Shown: in pieces, positions 1-8,700 of the stretch | How positions within the stretch are numbered: the first letter of the stretch is position 1 | How the letters are laid out: each line of letters starts with the position of its first letter | Assembly (NCBI GenBank): GCA_963761335.1 | Contig: CAVXGR010000011.1 | Coordinates: forward strand, 559,527 to 623,526 | DNA length: 64,000 bases | DNA from: an uncultured delta proteobacterium | Lineage (GTDB): Bacteria > Desulfobacterota > Binatia > HRBIN30 > BPIQ01 | Reading direction: 5' to 3' | The notes under the pieces: model-generated | Told to the model about the DNA's origin: nothing | What the model saw: the letters and a program-made list of their open reading frames with translations, nothing else | Databases searched by the model: none | Translations under genes and position numbers: made by a program

Positions 1-1738
1 CGACCCAGATGGTCGAGGCGCTGGAATCCCAGGCAACGCCGCCGGGCGACGTCATGCGGTCGCAGCTGGAGCCGTCGGAGCTCGCGAAGCCGGGAATGTC
101 CTGGGTGAAGTCCGGCTGGCCGAGCACCAGATCCGCCGCCGCGCCGGAGCCGGGACAGGTGATCGGATCGGTGCCGGAGCAGGAGTAGCGGAGGACGCGA
201 TGGTTCGCCTGATCGGCAACCAGCAGCGCCCGGGTGGCGGTACCGGCCCCGGAGTCGACCACTGCCAGCTGCCGCGGCTTGCCGAGGGACGAGGCCGTGG
301 GCGAGTCCGCGGCGGCATTGGAGACGAAATCCGCCTGCCCGATCACCGCATCGGCGGCGCTCCCGGAGACGAACCCCCGGGGGAACCGCAGGATGCGGCG
401 GTTACCCGAATCGGACACCCAGAGCTCGCCGGCCGAATCGAAGACCACGCCCTCGGGCGTGCAGAGCCTGTCGGCGGCGATCCCTCCGGCGTTGCAGCCG
501 ACCGCGCTCGCATCGGCCTGCCCCAACACATACGTCGGCGGGGCTCCGTTGGCGGCAATCGAGCCAATGTCGGCCCAGTAGAGAACCCGGCTCCCGCCGG
601 CGTCGGCGACCGCGAGCCCGCTGGGGCAGGTACCGCCCGCGGCGCAGGAGACGCCGCCCACGCCACAGTACCTGCCGTTGTCGGTCCCACCATGACAGCG
701 GCGCTGGATCGCCAGGGCCACGGCGCCGGCGCCGCTCATCCGCCCGCCGGCCGTGGAGAGCTCGGCCCCGGCCATGTCGGACGAGCCGAGGACATAGTCC
801 GCACAGGCGCCGGTGAGCGGCTTGGTCGACAGGTAGATCAACACCCGGTCGCGATCGCCGATCACCGTGCGCCCGCTGTAGTAGTCGACGGCCACCGGAT
901 GCGTCTCGGTCTTGGTCATCGTCCGGCAGGTGCGCAGGCGGGACCCGGCGGTAGCGAGGTCCCCGGGAATGTCGTCGCCGCATTCCTGCATCGAGTAGTT
1001 GCAGCTGCCCACCCCGATGCAGGCATCCACAGCCGTGTTGTTGGCGTTGAAGGAGTCTCTTCGCGTCACGCGCGTCGGCTCGGATCCCCAGAGACGATCC
1101 GGGTCGGAGCCGGTGGGATCATGGGAGAGGTACACCGAGGATGCGGCGTCGTTGGAGTAGGCGTCGATCTCCCCGGACCAGTCGTCCTCCGTGGTGCGCA
1201 TTCCCGCCACTCGATCCGCGTAGGTGTCCCCCTTCTCACCGGTCGAGCGATACGGCCCGGAGTACTGCCCCTGCTCGATGCCGTTGATGCACTCGCCCGC
1301 GCCGACGGCGCAGGTGCTCCCCGGGCAATCGACGTCACCGCTGCATCCGTGACCGCGACGACTCCCGTTGACGCAGTAGCTGCAGTCGGAGTCCTCGGCA
1401 CAGGAGATCCGGGCATCCTCGTTCCAGTAGCAGTAGTCGAGATAGTCGTAGCTGGGTCCCTGGTAGCCCGGGCAGTCGAAGTTGTCGTCGCACCTCTTCC
1501 AGGTGGCGACGGCACAGTAGCTGCGCCAGCGACACTTGCGGGCATGCCCGAGCCGGGTGCAGATCCCGCCGCCGCCGCAATCGACATCGCCCTTGCAGGG
1601 GAAGCCGTGGCGGCTTCCGCCGCGACAGAAGTGCGGCTGAATGCCGACCGAATCGGTCACACCCGCGGGCGCGGGAGAGAGGGCCGGTGAGCAGAGGAGG
1701 AGAATGAGACCGGCAGCCTTCCACCACGGACGACACAT
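1..1738 (-). CDS. Secreted Cys-rich protein with NHL-repeat beta-propeller (runs off left edge)
   Basis: Hand translation from ATG at 1738: signal-peptide-like MCRPWWKAAGLILLLCSPALSPA, Cys-rich repeats (CRGGSRHGFPCKGDVDC), and near the edge NHL-like QANHRVLRY...ADLVLGQPDF...SPGGVAWD. Antisense in-frame to shadow ORF 200..1690; absent from the track because no stop lies in the window. Confidence 0.8.
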   Translation of the reverse strand, partial: MCRPWWKAAGLILLLCSPALSPAPAGVTDSVGIQPHFCRGGSRHGFPCKGDVDCGGGGICTRLGHARKCRWRSYCAVATWKRCDDNFDCPGYQGPSYDYLDYCYWNEDARISCAEDSDCSYCVNGSRRGHGCSGDVDCPGSTCAVGAGECINGIEQGQYSGPYRSTGEKGDTYADRVAGMRTTEDDWSGEIDAYSNDAASSVYLSHDPTGSDPDRLWGSEPTRVTRRDSFNANNTAVDACIGVGSCNYSMQECGDDIPGDLATAGSRLRTCRTMTKTETHPVAVDYYSGRTVIGDRDRVLIYLSTKPLTGACADYVLGSSDMAGAELSTAGGRMSGAGAVALAIQRRCHGGTDNGRYCGVGGVSCAAGGTCPSGLAVADAGGSRVLYWADIGSIAANGAPPTYVLGQADASAVGCNAGGIAADRLCTPEGVVFDSAGELWVSDSGNRRILRFPRGFVSGSAADAVIGQADFVSNAAADSPTASSLGKPRQLAVVDSGAGTATRALLVADQANHRVLRYSCSGTDPITCPGSGAAADLVLGQPDFTQDIPGFASSDGSSCDRMTSPGGVAWDSSASTIWV

Positions 1739-1749
1739 GTGACCACCGT

Positions 1750-2093
1750 AATGAATGAACACACGCAGCGGTTTCAACCCCGGGGCCCTCCGCCGGCACA
1801 CCGGCGAAGTAGAAGCGGCGTCTCGCCGCTTCGAGAAGCGCCGGGACGGCGCTTCCACCTTGCGCAATGAATGAACACACGCAGCGGTTTCAACCCCGGG
1901 CTCCGCCGGCAAACAGGCGAAGTAGAAGCGGCGTCTCGCCGCTTCGAGAAGCGCCGGGACGGCGCTTCTACCTTGCGCAATGAATGAACACACGCAGCGG
2001 TTTCAACCCCGGGGCCCTCCGCCGGCACACCGGCCAAGTAGAAGCGGCGTCTCGCCGCTTCGAGAAGCGCCGGGACGGCGCTTCTACCTTGCG
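1750..2093. repeat. Three tandem ~115-bp units carrying GTAG-type REP doublets
   Basis: Units start at 1750, 1866 and 1979 (aatgaatgaacacacgcagcgg...). Each contains GTAGAAGCGGCGTCTCGCCGCTTC and an inverted partner GAAGCGCCGGGACGGCGCTTC(T/C)AC. Confidence 0.9.
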
Positions 2094-2169
2094 TCTTCGC
2101 CCAGCGGTTGCGACATTGTCTCAAACCCAGCAAAACGATCTTGGCTCTTCCGGGGTTTTGAGACGGCCG

Positions 2170-2964
2170 ATGCTCGTCGATGCTCACGTCCACTTGCTCC
2201 CCGACCGCCTGGGGGCAGCGATCCGGCGCTTCTTCCCGCCCGAGATCACGGCGCGCTTCGTCTATCCGCACGACCCATCTGCCGCCCGCCAAGCGCTGGT
2301 CGACGCCGGCGTGGGCCGCTGCTGGAGCCTGCCCTATGCCCGGCGCCCGGGATCAGCGAGCCAGCTGAACCGGTGGATGGCGGCAACCTTCGGCGGCGAT
2401 TCAGTCGTCGTTCCCGGGGCCACGCTGCATCCCGGCGATGACGTGGAAGCCGTTCTCCGCGAGGCGCTCGATGATCTCGGACTCGGCCTCCTCAAGCTCC
2501 ACTGCTCGGTGGGAGACTTCGATCCCGGCGATCCTCGCCTCGAGCCGCTCTGGCGGCGGGTATCGACGACGGGTCATCCGGTCGTCGTGCATGCCGGCCA
2601 CGCGGTGAACGGCACCACGTCGGCAGCAGACGTGCAGGCCATCGGGCGGGTCGCGAAGCGCTGGCCGGAAGCTCGCATCATCGTCGCCCACTGTGGCGCC
2701 CCGGCGGTGCAGGCCACCCTCGCGCTGCTGCGCTCGACGCCATCCACCTACGCGGACCTGACTCCGGTGGTGACCGCGGCCGTGCCGTTGGATCGCGCCG
2801 CGATCCACGGGCTGGAGCGGCGGCTTCTCTTCGGCAGCGACACGCCCAACGTGGCGATTGCGGTCGAAAGCCTGGTGGAACACGTGCGCTCCCTCGAGCT
2901 GCCGGCGAGCGACGAGGCCGCCATCCTCGGCGGAACGGCGAGCAACCTTCTGCGCCGCTCGTAG
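2170..2964 (+). CDS. Amidohydrolase (Amidohydro_2) family protein
   Basis: DAHVH, KLH, HAG, AHCG and LFGSDTP motifs; start moved to ATG 2170, outside the repeats. Confidence 0.85.
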   Translation: MLVDAHVHLLPDRLGAAIRRFFPPEITARFVYPHDPSAARQALVDAGVGRCWSLPYARRPGSASQLNRWMAATFGGDSVVVPGATLHPGDDVEAVLREALDDLGLGLLKLHCSVGDFDPGDPRLEPLWRRVSTTGHPVVVHAGHAVNGTTSAADVQAIGRVAKRWPEARIIVAHCGAPAVQATLALLRSTPSTYADLTPVVTAAVPLDRAAIHGLERRLLFGSDTPNVAIAVESLVEHVRSLELPASDEAAILGGTASNLLRRS

Positions 2965-3040
2965 CTCCGCCCTGGGAGTTGGTGTCTAAGTTGCCAACCT
3001 GGATTTTGCGCTTGTCACTGCAGCCCGGCGCCCCAGGGTT

Positions 3041-3145
3041 TCCTCTCCCCGCATTTCCGCGGGGAGAGGATTGAGGGTATTCGCGGCGTTCAAAGATCGG
3101 CACCCTCACCCTGCCCCTCTCCCGCAGGCAATGCGGGAGAGGGAG
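3041..3145. repeat. Palindromic CCTCTCCC...GGGAGAGG hairpin repeat pair (REP-like)
   Basis: Two GC hairpins between convergent genes; the same hairpin type occurs at 17773-17818 and 25309-25354. Confidence 0.7.
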
Positions 3146-3216
3146 CTCACGCTTGCAGCGACGCGAAGGCCAACCGATCATCGTTGTCGATGGCTCGCAT
3201 TGCGCACCTGAGGACA

Positions 3217-3828
3217 CTACCTGCCGGGAGAGGCTGCCGCGATCAGCGCCCGCAGGCGCGCGATCGCGTCGTCGTAGCGCGCCATGGTCGCCGCGATCTC
3301 GCGGCGCTCGGCGGCGCTCTTCCCGGCGGCTTCGAGGTCGCGGTGGAGCTTCTCCCGATAGGTGAGGAAGAAATCGAGGGTGTCGCGGCGCTCCTCCGCT
3401 CGGTTCAGCTCCGGCATCCGCCGGGCCATCTCGAAGTAGATCTCGGGGTGGCGCAGGTCCTGCTCCGTGAACCACTGGTTGGTCGCGAACTCCCTCTCGC
3501 CGCCGCTGGTGCGGGGTTCCGCCGTGCGCGGCAGAGCAGCGAGGTCGAACACCGGTAGCGTTGGCGCGGCTGACGGCGACCGCTCCGTCCGCTGCGGCAC
3601 CGGTGACGCCGGAACCGATTGGCGCGCGCGCCGCGTCTCCGCAGCGGGCGATGACCGAGTCGCGTCGCTTGGCGACTCGTAAAGGCGCGGCGACGGCAGG
3701 GCCGCGGGAGGCAGCACAGCCCGCGGCCGGCCGCCGGCAATCCACCGCGTCAGAGCGAAGGCGGCGAGCAGGACCGCCACCACGGCCAGCGCCATCCTCC
3801 ACCCGCGAGACGCACGCGGCTGCATCAC
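3217..3828 (-). CDS. Hypothetical membrane-anchored protein
   Basis: N-terminal TM segment, Pro/Ala linker, helical C-terminal domain; starts ~10 bp after the upstream stop. Confidence 0.65.
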   Translation of the reverse strand: MMQPRASRGWRMALAVVAVLLAAFALTRWIAGGRPRAVLPPAALPSPRLYESPSDATRSSPAAETRRARQSVPASPVPQRTERSPSAAPTLPVFDLAALPRTAEPRTSGGEREFATNQWFTEQDLRHPEIYFEMARRMPELNRAEERRDTLDFFLTYREKLHRDLEAAGKSAAERREIAATMARYDDAIARLRALIAAASPGR

Positions 3829-3837
3829 CAGCTCCGC

Positions 3838-5964
3838 TCAGCGGATGCCGAGGAACGGATTGAACTGGTAGCTGACGTCCACTGCCTCGCTGAAGGTGAG
3901 CTGGCGCAGCACGGTACGGGCGGGATCGATCGTCCAGTCGCCGGCGGCGAGGTTGTTGTCGCCGTCGCTCTGTGCCCACCACGCGGTGCCGGCGTCATCG
4001 GCGTAATCGTCGCCGTCCATCGCCCCGCCGATGTAGGCGCTGCCGTTGCCGGCGACCCCGGGATAGATGAAGGGTGCGTCGAAGGTCATGTTGTTCCCGA
4101 GGCAGGAGCGCAGCACCCAGACGTCGTCCCACAGGGAGATCAGGTTGTACGGGCTCTTGAAGTTGTACCACTGCCCGCCGCTCGGATCCGGCGGCGGCGA
4201 CGGCGTGGCGGTCTCGCTCGGGTAGTACATGACGCCGTCGTTGCCGGAGGTGCCGACCTTGTCGTCGGCGTGCGCGCAGACGGGGCCGTTGTTGTCCCAC
4301 CAGTCGCAGATGCCGTGGCCTTTCGCCTCGATGTAGATGGCGGGGCGCGGATCGTTCACGCCCACGGAGGTGTCGGTGAACAGGCTGAAGCCGCGCTCCG
4401 GGTCGTTGTCGAGATCGTCGGCGTCGGCGCCGACGCCGTTGCCGACACCGTCGTTGGCCACGGCGTACTCGTAGAAATTGCCGTGCGCCTCGGTCTCCAG
4501 GACGCGGAATCGCCCGTAGGTGGTGCCGTCCTTCTGCACCATCACCATGAGGTCTTCCGTATCGTTCTCATGGCAGTCCGGATCCGGCCCGCAGGTGCCG
4601 AAGAAGACGTTGTCCCAGTCGCGCGGGTGGAACGTGTGGTAGTGAATGAACCAGTGCGTCGAGGTCTCGAGGACGTCGTAATAGAGGTACGGGGCAATAC
4701 CGGCATCCGGCAGGTTGTTCCAGTTGTTGTTGCTGCGCCAGTCGTTATCGTAGTTGATCTTGCCGATGTAATCCGCGTTCCACTTGCTGGCGGTGTCCTG
4801 GAAGATGAGCGGCGCCCAGCGGTAGGCGAGGCTCCGATAGAAAGCCGGCTCGCTGTACGACTCGCTGTCGGGGTTGCAGGGCTGTGGCGTCGCCGCCGTC
4901 GCCGTCGCCGAGGCGGTCGAGGTCGCCGAAGGGCCTGGCGATGGTGACCGAGTCGCCGTCGCCATCGTCGTCGGGGTGGGGAAAACCGTCGCCGGCAGGC
5001 TCGGCGTCGGTACGGCCGTGGCGGTGGCGGTGAGAGTAATGGTTCCGGATGGGGCGGCAGTTGCCGTGGGCGTCGGCGTGGGGTTGAACGGCCGGTACAC
5101 GGCATCGAACAGATCATCGGCGTGCAGCTCGACCACCGCCTTGACGCAGGCGCCCTCCGCCGTCAGATCGGCGCCGCAGCTGTCGAGATCGGCGAAGGCA
5201 ATCGTCTCGCAGCGCGCCAGGATTTCGTCGACCCGGGCGCGTGCCCGAGCCACTCTTCCCTTCACATCGGCTGTCCGGCAGTCCAGCCCCGTGGGAGCGC
5301 GATCCTCCTGGAGCTGGCAACGCTGCTGCTCCTTCATGCGCGCCCCGAGGTACTTCCGCAGCGCCTTGCCGATGTACCCCTGACACGTGACGCTGTTGGC
5401 AGCCGCAGGTGCGGGCGGCGTCCCATAGGCCGCGGTCACCACCTGGGTGGCGTGCTCCTCGGCGACGCACGCAAGACACGCGGCGACGCCGGCGTAGTCC
5501 GAGATCGCTATGGTGTCGCAAGGCGCCGGGCAGACCGCGTACTGGTTGTCCGCCGGCGACAGGAATTGGCAGCCGCGTACCGCCAGCGAAGCCAGTCTCC
5601 TCTCGGCGGCGGCAACCCGCACTGAGGCCGGCGCGCTCACCGGGTCATTGCAGTCGACGCCGGCAGAGATGCTGCCGCGCATGCGCAGCTTGTGACACGT
5701 GGCCCGTTCAGCCAGCACGGTGTCGGCGAGCTTACGGACACCTTTGCCGATGTTCTTGCGGCACTTGGCGCGTTCCCGCGACAGCTGCGCCCCGGCCCGC
5801 GGCGCCGCGACGATCAGCAGCAGAAACGCCGCCGCGACGCACACCGGAATGCGGCGCGCGGTCGTCCGCCGGTATCCACCGCGATTCCCAATAGCGAGCG
5901 TGACACCCGTCCCCCAGATCGCTGCATACTCCCGGAGCAGGGAGAAAGGCAATGGCCAAGTCAT
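3838..5964 (-). CDS. Secreted multidomain protein: Cys-rich helical domain, Pro/Thr linker, C-terminal domain with HEND-x-E motif
   Basis: Signal-like VAAAFLLLIVAAPRAGA; PTPTPTATA linker; WAPLIFQD, FHPRDW, CHENDTE. Start uncertain. Confidence 0.75.
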   Translation of the reverse strand: MTWPLPFSLLREYAAIWGTGVTLAIGNRGGYRRTTARRIPVCVAAAFLLLIVAAPRAGAQLSRERAKCRKNIGKGVRKLADTVLAERATCHKLRMRGSISAGVDCNDPVSAPASVRVAAAERRLASLAVRGCQFLSPADNQYAVCPAPCDTIAISDYAGVAACLACVAEEHATQVVTAAYGTPPAPAAANSVTCQGYIGKALRKYLGARMKEQQRCQLQEDRAPTGLDCRTADVKGRVARARARVDEILARCETIAFADLDSCGADLTAEGACVKAVVELHADDLFDAVYRPFNPTPTPTATAAPSGTITLTATATAVPTPSLPATVFPTPTTMATATRSPSPGPSATSTASATATAATPQPCNPDSESYSEPAFYRSLAYRWAPLIFQDTASKWNADYIGKINYDNDWRSNNNWNNLPDAGIAPYLYYDVLETSTHWFIHYHTFHPRDWDNVFFGTCGPDPDCHENDTEDLMVMVQKDGTTYGRFRVLETEAHGNFYEYAVANDGVGNGVGADADDLDNDPERGFSLFTDTSVGVNDPRPAIYIEAKGHGICDWWDNNGPVCAHADDKVGTSGNDGVMYYPSETATPSPPPDPSGGQWYNFKSPYNLISLWDDVWVLRSCLGNNMTFDAPFIYPGVAGNGSAYIGGAMDGDDYADDAGTAWWAQSDGDNNLAAGDWTIDPARTVLRQLTFSEAVDVSYQFNPFLGIR

Positions 5965-6068
5965 TGCCGGTGGATTCACAACGCGCCGGCGTCCCACGCC
6001 ACCGAGCCCGGGCGCGCTGCAGAGCGTCAGCATCCGGCTGGGGACCAGGCCGCCCGCGGGAGGGCCAC

Positions 6069-6629
6069 TCAGCCCAGAATCTCGCTCACTCGGAGAAGGA
6101 TGCGCGGGAAGGCCGCGGACGCGAGGCGCCGGCCCCGGGTCAGAATCTTGACCTCGCGATAGACGCGAAATGATGGCTCGCGGTGCACTTCGATCCTCCG
6201 CCCGGGAAGATCGACGAGCCAGACCTCCGGGATGCCGGCGCGTGCATAGAGTGGGATCTTGGTGCGCCGGTCGTAGAGGAGCGAGGAGTCGGCGACCTCG
6301 ACTACCAGGAGCACGTCGTCCGGCTCGGGATGCCGTCCGCCGTAATAGTCGGAGCGCGGTCGCAAGACGGCGATATCAGGCTCGGGCTCGGAGTACCGGT
6401 TGAGAACGATCGGATTCTGCGTCGCGACGATCGCCCGGCGTCCAAGACGCCGGTGCAGCAGAGCCGATGTGCGGTTCACGCATCCAGCGTGGGGGCTGCG
6501 GATCGGGCTCATCGGAATGATCACTCCCTCGATCAGCTCGACGCGGTCGTCGGGCCGCAGGAGCCCGTCGTCGACCATCCGGTGGTAGTCCCCGATGGTA
6601 TAGAGCCGTCGCGTCGAATGCGTCTTCAT
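6069..6629 (-). CDS. Uma2 (DUF820) family endonuclease
   Basis: RVELIEG, SEPEPDIAV, LLVVEVADSS, KIPLYARAGIPEVWLVDL. Confidence 0.92.
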   Translation of the reverse strand: MKTHSTRRLYTIGDYHRMVDDGLLRPDDRVELIEGVIIPMSPIRSPHAGCVNRTSALLHRRLGRRAIVATQNPIVLNRYSEPEPDIAVLRPRSDYYGGRHPEPDDVLLVVEVADSSLLYDRRTKIPLYARAGIPEVWLVDLPGRRIEVHREPSFRVYREVKILTRGRRLASAAFPRILLRVSEILG

Positions 6630-6674
6630 GGCGCCCGACGAAGCTAGCACGGCTGCACCGGCGAGACCAACTCT

Positions 6675-7340
6675 TCAGCCGCCGAAGTCGGCGATCAGCC
6701 GCGGGCGCAGCACCGCAGTCCACAGGACGTAGCCGGCCGGCGATAGGTGCAAGCCGTCTTCGAGAAACAGCTCGCGCCGCCGGTGGCCGCGCCGGTCGAA
6801 GGAAGGAGTCGCAACATCGACCCAGACGCGCCGCGCATCTTCTCGCGCCAAGGTGGCGAGGAGCTCGTTCAGTCGCCGCACGAGCGGCCAGCGCCGCCGG
6901 CGCGCCGGGCTGGGCTTCACCGAGAGCAGATAGAGACGCGCCTGCGGCACCTCGCGTGCCAGCAAGTCGGCAAACGCCGCGACCTCCGCGAGCACGTCCT
7001 CCGGTCTCTTGCCGGTGCGGGCCTCGAGGTCGTTCTCCCCGGCGTAGAGCACGACGCCTCGCGGCCGGTACGGCAGCACGATGCGCGGAGCGAAGAACAA
7101 CGCTTGATGGGCCTGAGAGCCACCGAAGCCGCGGTTGAGCACGGCGAGGGGCGCCATGTCGGCGGCGAGCGTCGTCCACATGCGAATGCTCGAGCTTCCG
7201 GTGAAGACGATGGCACCGAGGGGCGGCGGCGAGCGCTGGCCTTCCTGCTCGAAGGCGCGAATCTCCGCTTCCCAGGTCTCCGGAGGCTCCAGCCACAACC
7301 GTCGGCTCACGTCGCGCCTCGACGGCAAACCTTTGGACAC
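6675..7340 (-). CDS. SGNH/GDSL hydrolase family protein
   Basis: FTGSSS, NRGFGGS, YAGEND, DGLH blocks. Confidence 0.9.
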   Translation of the reverse strand: MSKGLPSRRDVSRRLWLEPPETWEAEIRAFEQEGQRSPPPLGAIVFTGSSSIRMWTTLAADMAPLAVLNRGFGGSQAHQALFFAPRIVLPYRPRGVVLYAGENDLEARTGKRPEDVLAEVAAFADLLAREVPQARLYLLSVKPSPARRRRWPLVRRLNELLATLAREDARRVWVDVATPSFDRRGHRRRELFLEDGLHLSPAGYVLWTAVLRPRLIADFGG

Positions 7341-7393
7341 AGCACCTCTGCGTGTGTATTGGCTATCTCGTACACGACAGCTTCAATGCCGCA

Positions 7394-8692
7394 ATGAGCT
7401 CGGCGCGACAACGGGACCCGCTTCTCGACCTCTGGCGAGGCATCGCCCTCGTCGACATGGCGTGGGTGCACCTGGCGCTCTATCCGATCGGCATGCCCGC
7501 CGCCTTCGCCACCTGGATGGGGGAGCTGACGCGATTTGCGGCCGGGTCCTTCGTTCTCATATCGGGAATGACGGTGGCGCTGGTGTTCGGCCCCAAGCTC
7601 GCCGGCTCGGCCGCAGAAGCGAGCGCGGCGCGCCATCGCTTGATGCGCCGCGCCGCGATGCTCGCCTGCGTCGACCGCATCGCTGCCGTCGCCTACGTGC
7701 TCATCGAGCGCTTCCGCGTGATACCGCCGGGGGTGACCCCGACCCACTCGAATCTCTCCGATCTCGCTCTCTTCGGTGAGCCGGGCGTCACCGGAGGCCT
7801 GCTCGTCCTCTACGCCGTGCTGCTGGTAGCGACGCCGCTTCTCGACGCGTCCCGGCGGCGCTTCGGCGGCGGAGCCGTCCTCGCCGCGAGCCTCGGGCTG
7901 TATGGCATCGCCTACGCGTCTGCGCCAGGGCCACACCATGCAGTGTGGCCATTCCCGGTCGCCATGTGGCAGCTTCTCTTCGTCCTCGGCTATGTCGTAT
8001 CGCCCGGGCTCGACCGATTGCGCAACCTCGGCGGCGGCGTGGCTCTGTGGTGGAAATGTGTCGTTTCCTGCGCCTTCGCCGCCGTCTTTCTCGCCCGCAA
8101 TGGAACATCACTCGGCCTCCCCGTGCCGTCGATGCTGGCCGGCTGGCAGTTCGGCAAAGTGCCGCTGAGCCCGGGCGAGCTCGCCTGGTACGTGCTCGCC
8201 TCGGCCTTCGTGCTGACGTGGTCGGCGTGGGCGTGGGAGGGCGCCGCGTGGACGCGGTCCGGGCTCGCCTGGTTGTGCCGTCTCGGCCGCAAGAGTCTGC
8301 TCGTCTACGTCGCCCACCTCTTCATCCAGATTCCCGTGCTGGAGCTGCTGACGCTCGTCGATCCGTCACCGCTCTGGCGGGCGACGATGCTTCCTCTCAC
8401 GGCCGTCATCCTGCTCGGTGTCGCCGCCGCCGGCGAGCAACTGGACGTCGCCCTGGCGCCGCACGCCTCGTCGGGATCTCCGGGCCGCATCGGCCTTCGC
8501 CTACCCACCTCCGGGATCGTCGGCAGCACCGTCGCCTTCGCCGCCCTTCTCGCGGTGGTCACCCTGCACACGTTCATTCGCCCGACCGGGGTGTGGAACG
8601 CCCCGCCCGCCGGCAACGATCGCGACAACCCGCCGATCGTCACCGAAACCATGCGAGGCGTGGAAGACGCCCTGGTGTCTCCGGGCGGATAG
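7394..8692 (+). CDS. opgC: OpgC-domain membrane acyl(succinyl)transferase for periplasmic glucans
   Basis: RDPLLDLWRGIAL, FVLISG, WQLLFVLG, LGRKSLLVYVAH; multiple TM helices; adjacent to cgs. Confidence 0.7.
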   Translation: MSSARQRDPLLDLWRGIALVDMAWVHLALYPIGMPAAFATWMGELTRFAAGSFVLISGMTVALVFGPKLAGSAAEASAARHRLMRRAAMLACVDRIAAVAYVLIERFRVIPPGVTPTHSNLSDLALFGEPGVTGGLLVLYAVLLVATPLLDASRRRFGGGAVLAASLGLYGIAYASAPGPHHAVWPFPVAMWQLLFVLGYVVSPGLDRLRNLGGGVALWWKCVVSCAFAAVFLARNGTSLGLPVPSMLAGWQFGKVPLSPGELAWYVLASAFVLTWSAWAWEGAAWTRSGLAWLCRLGRKSLLVYVAHLFIQIPVLELLTLVDPSPLWRATMLPLTAVILLGVAAAGEQLDVALAPHASSGSPGRIGLRLPTSGIVGSTVAFAALLAVVTLHTFIRPTGVWNAPPAGNDRDNPPIVTETMRGVEDALVSPGG

Positions 8693-8700
8693 CCTCGGGG

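Noticed and set aside
1750..2093. Possible CRISPR array
   Set aside because: Whole ~115-bp units repeat with no unique spacers; no cas genes in the window.
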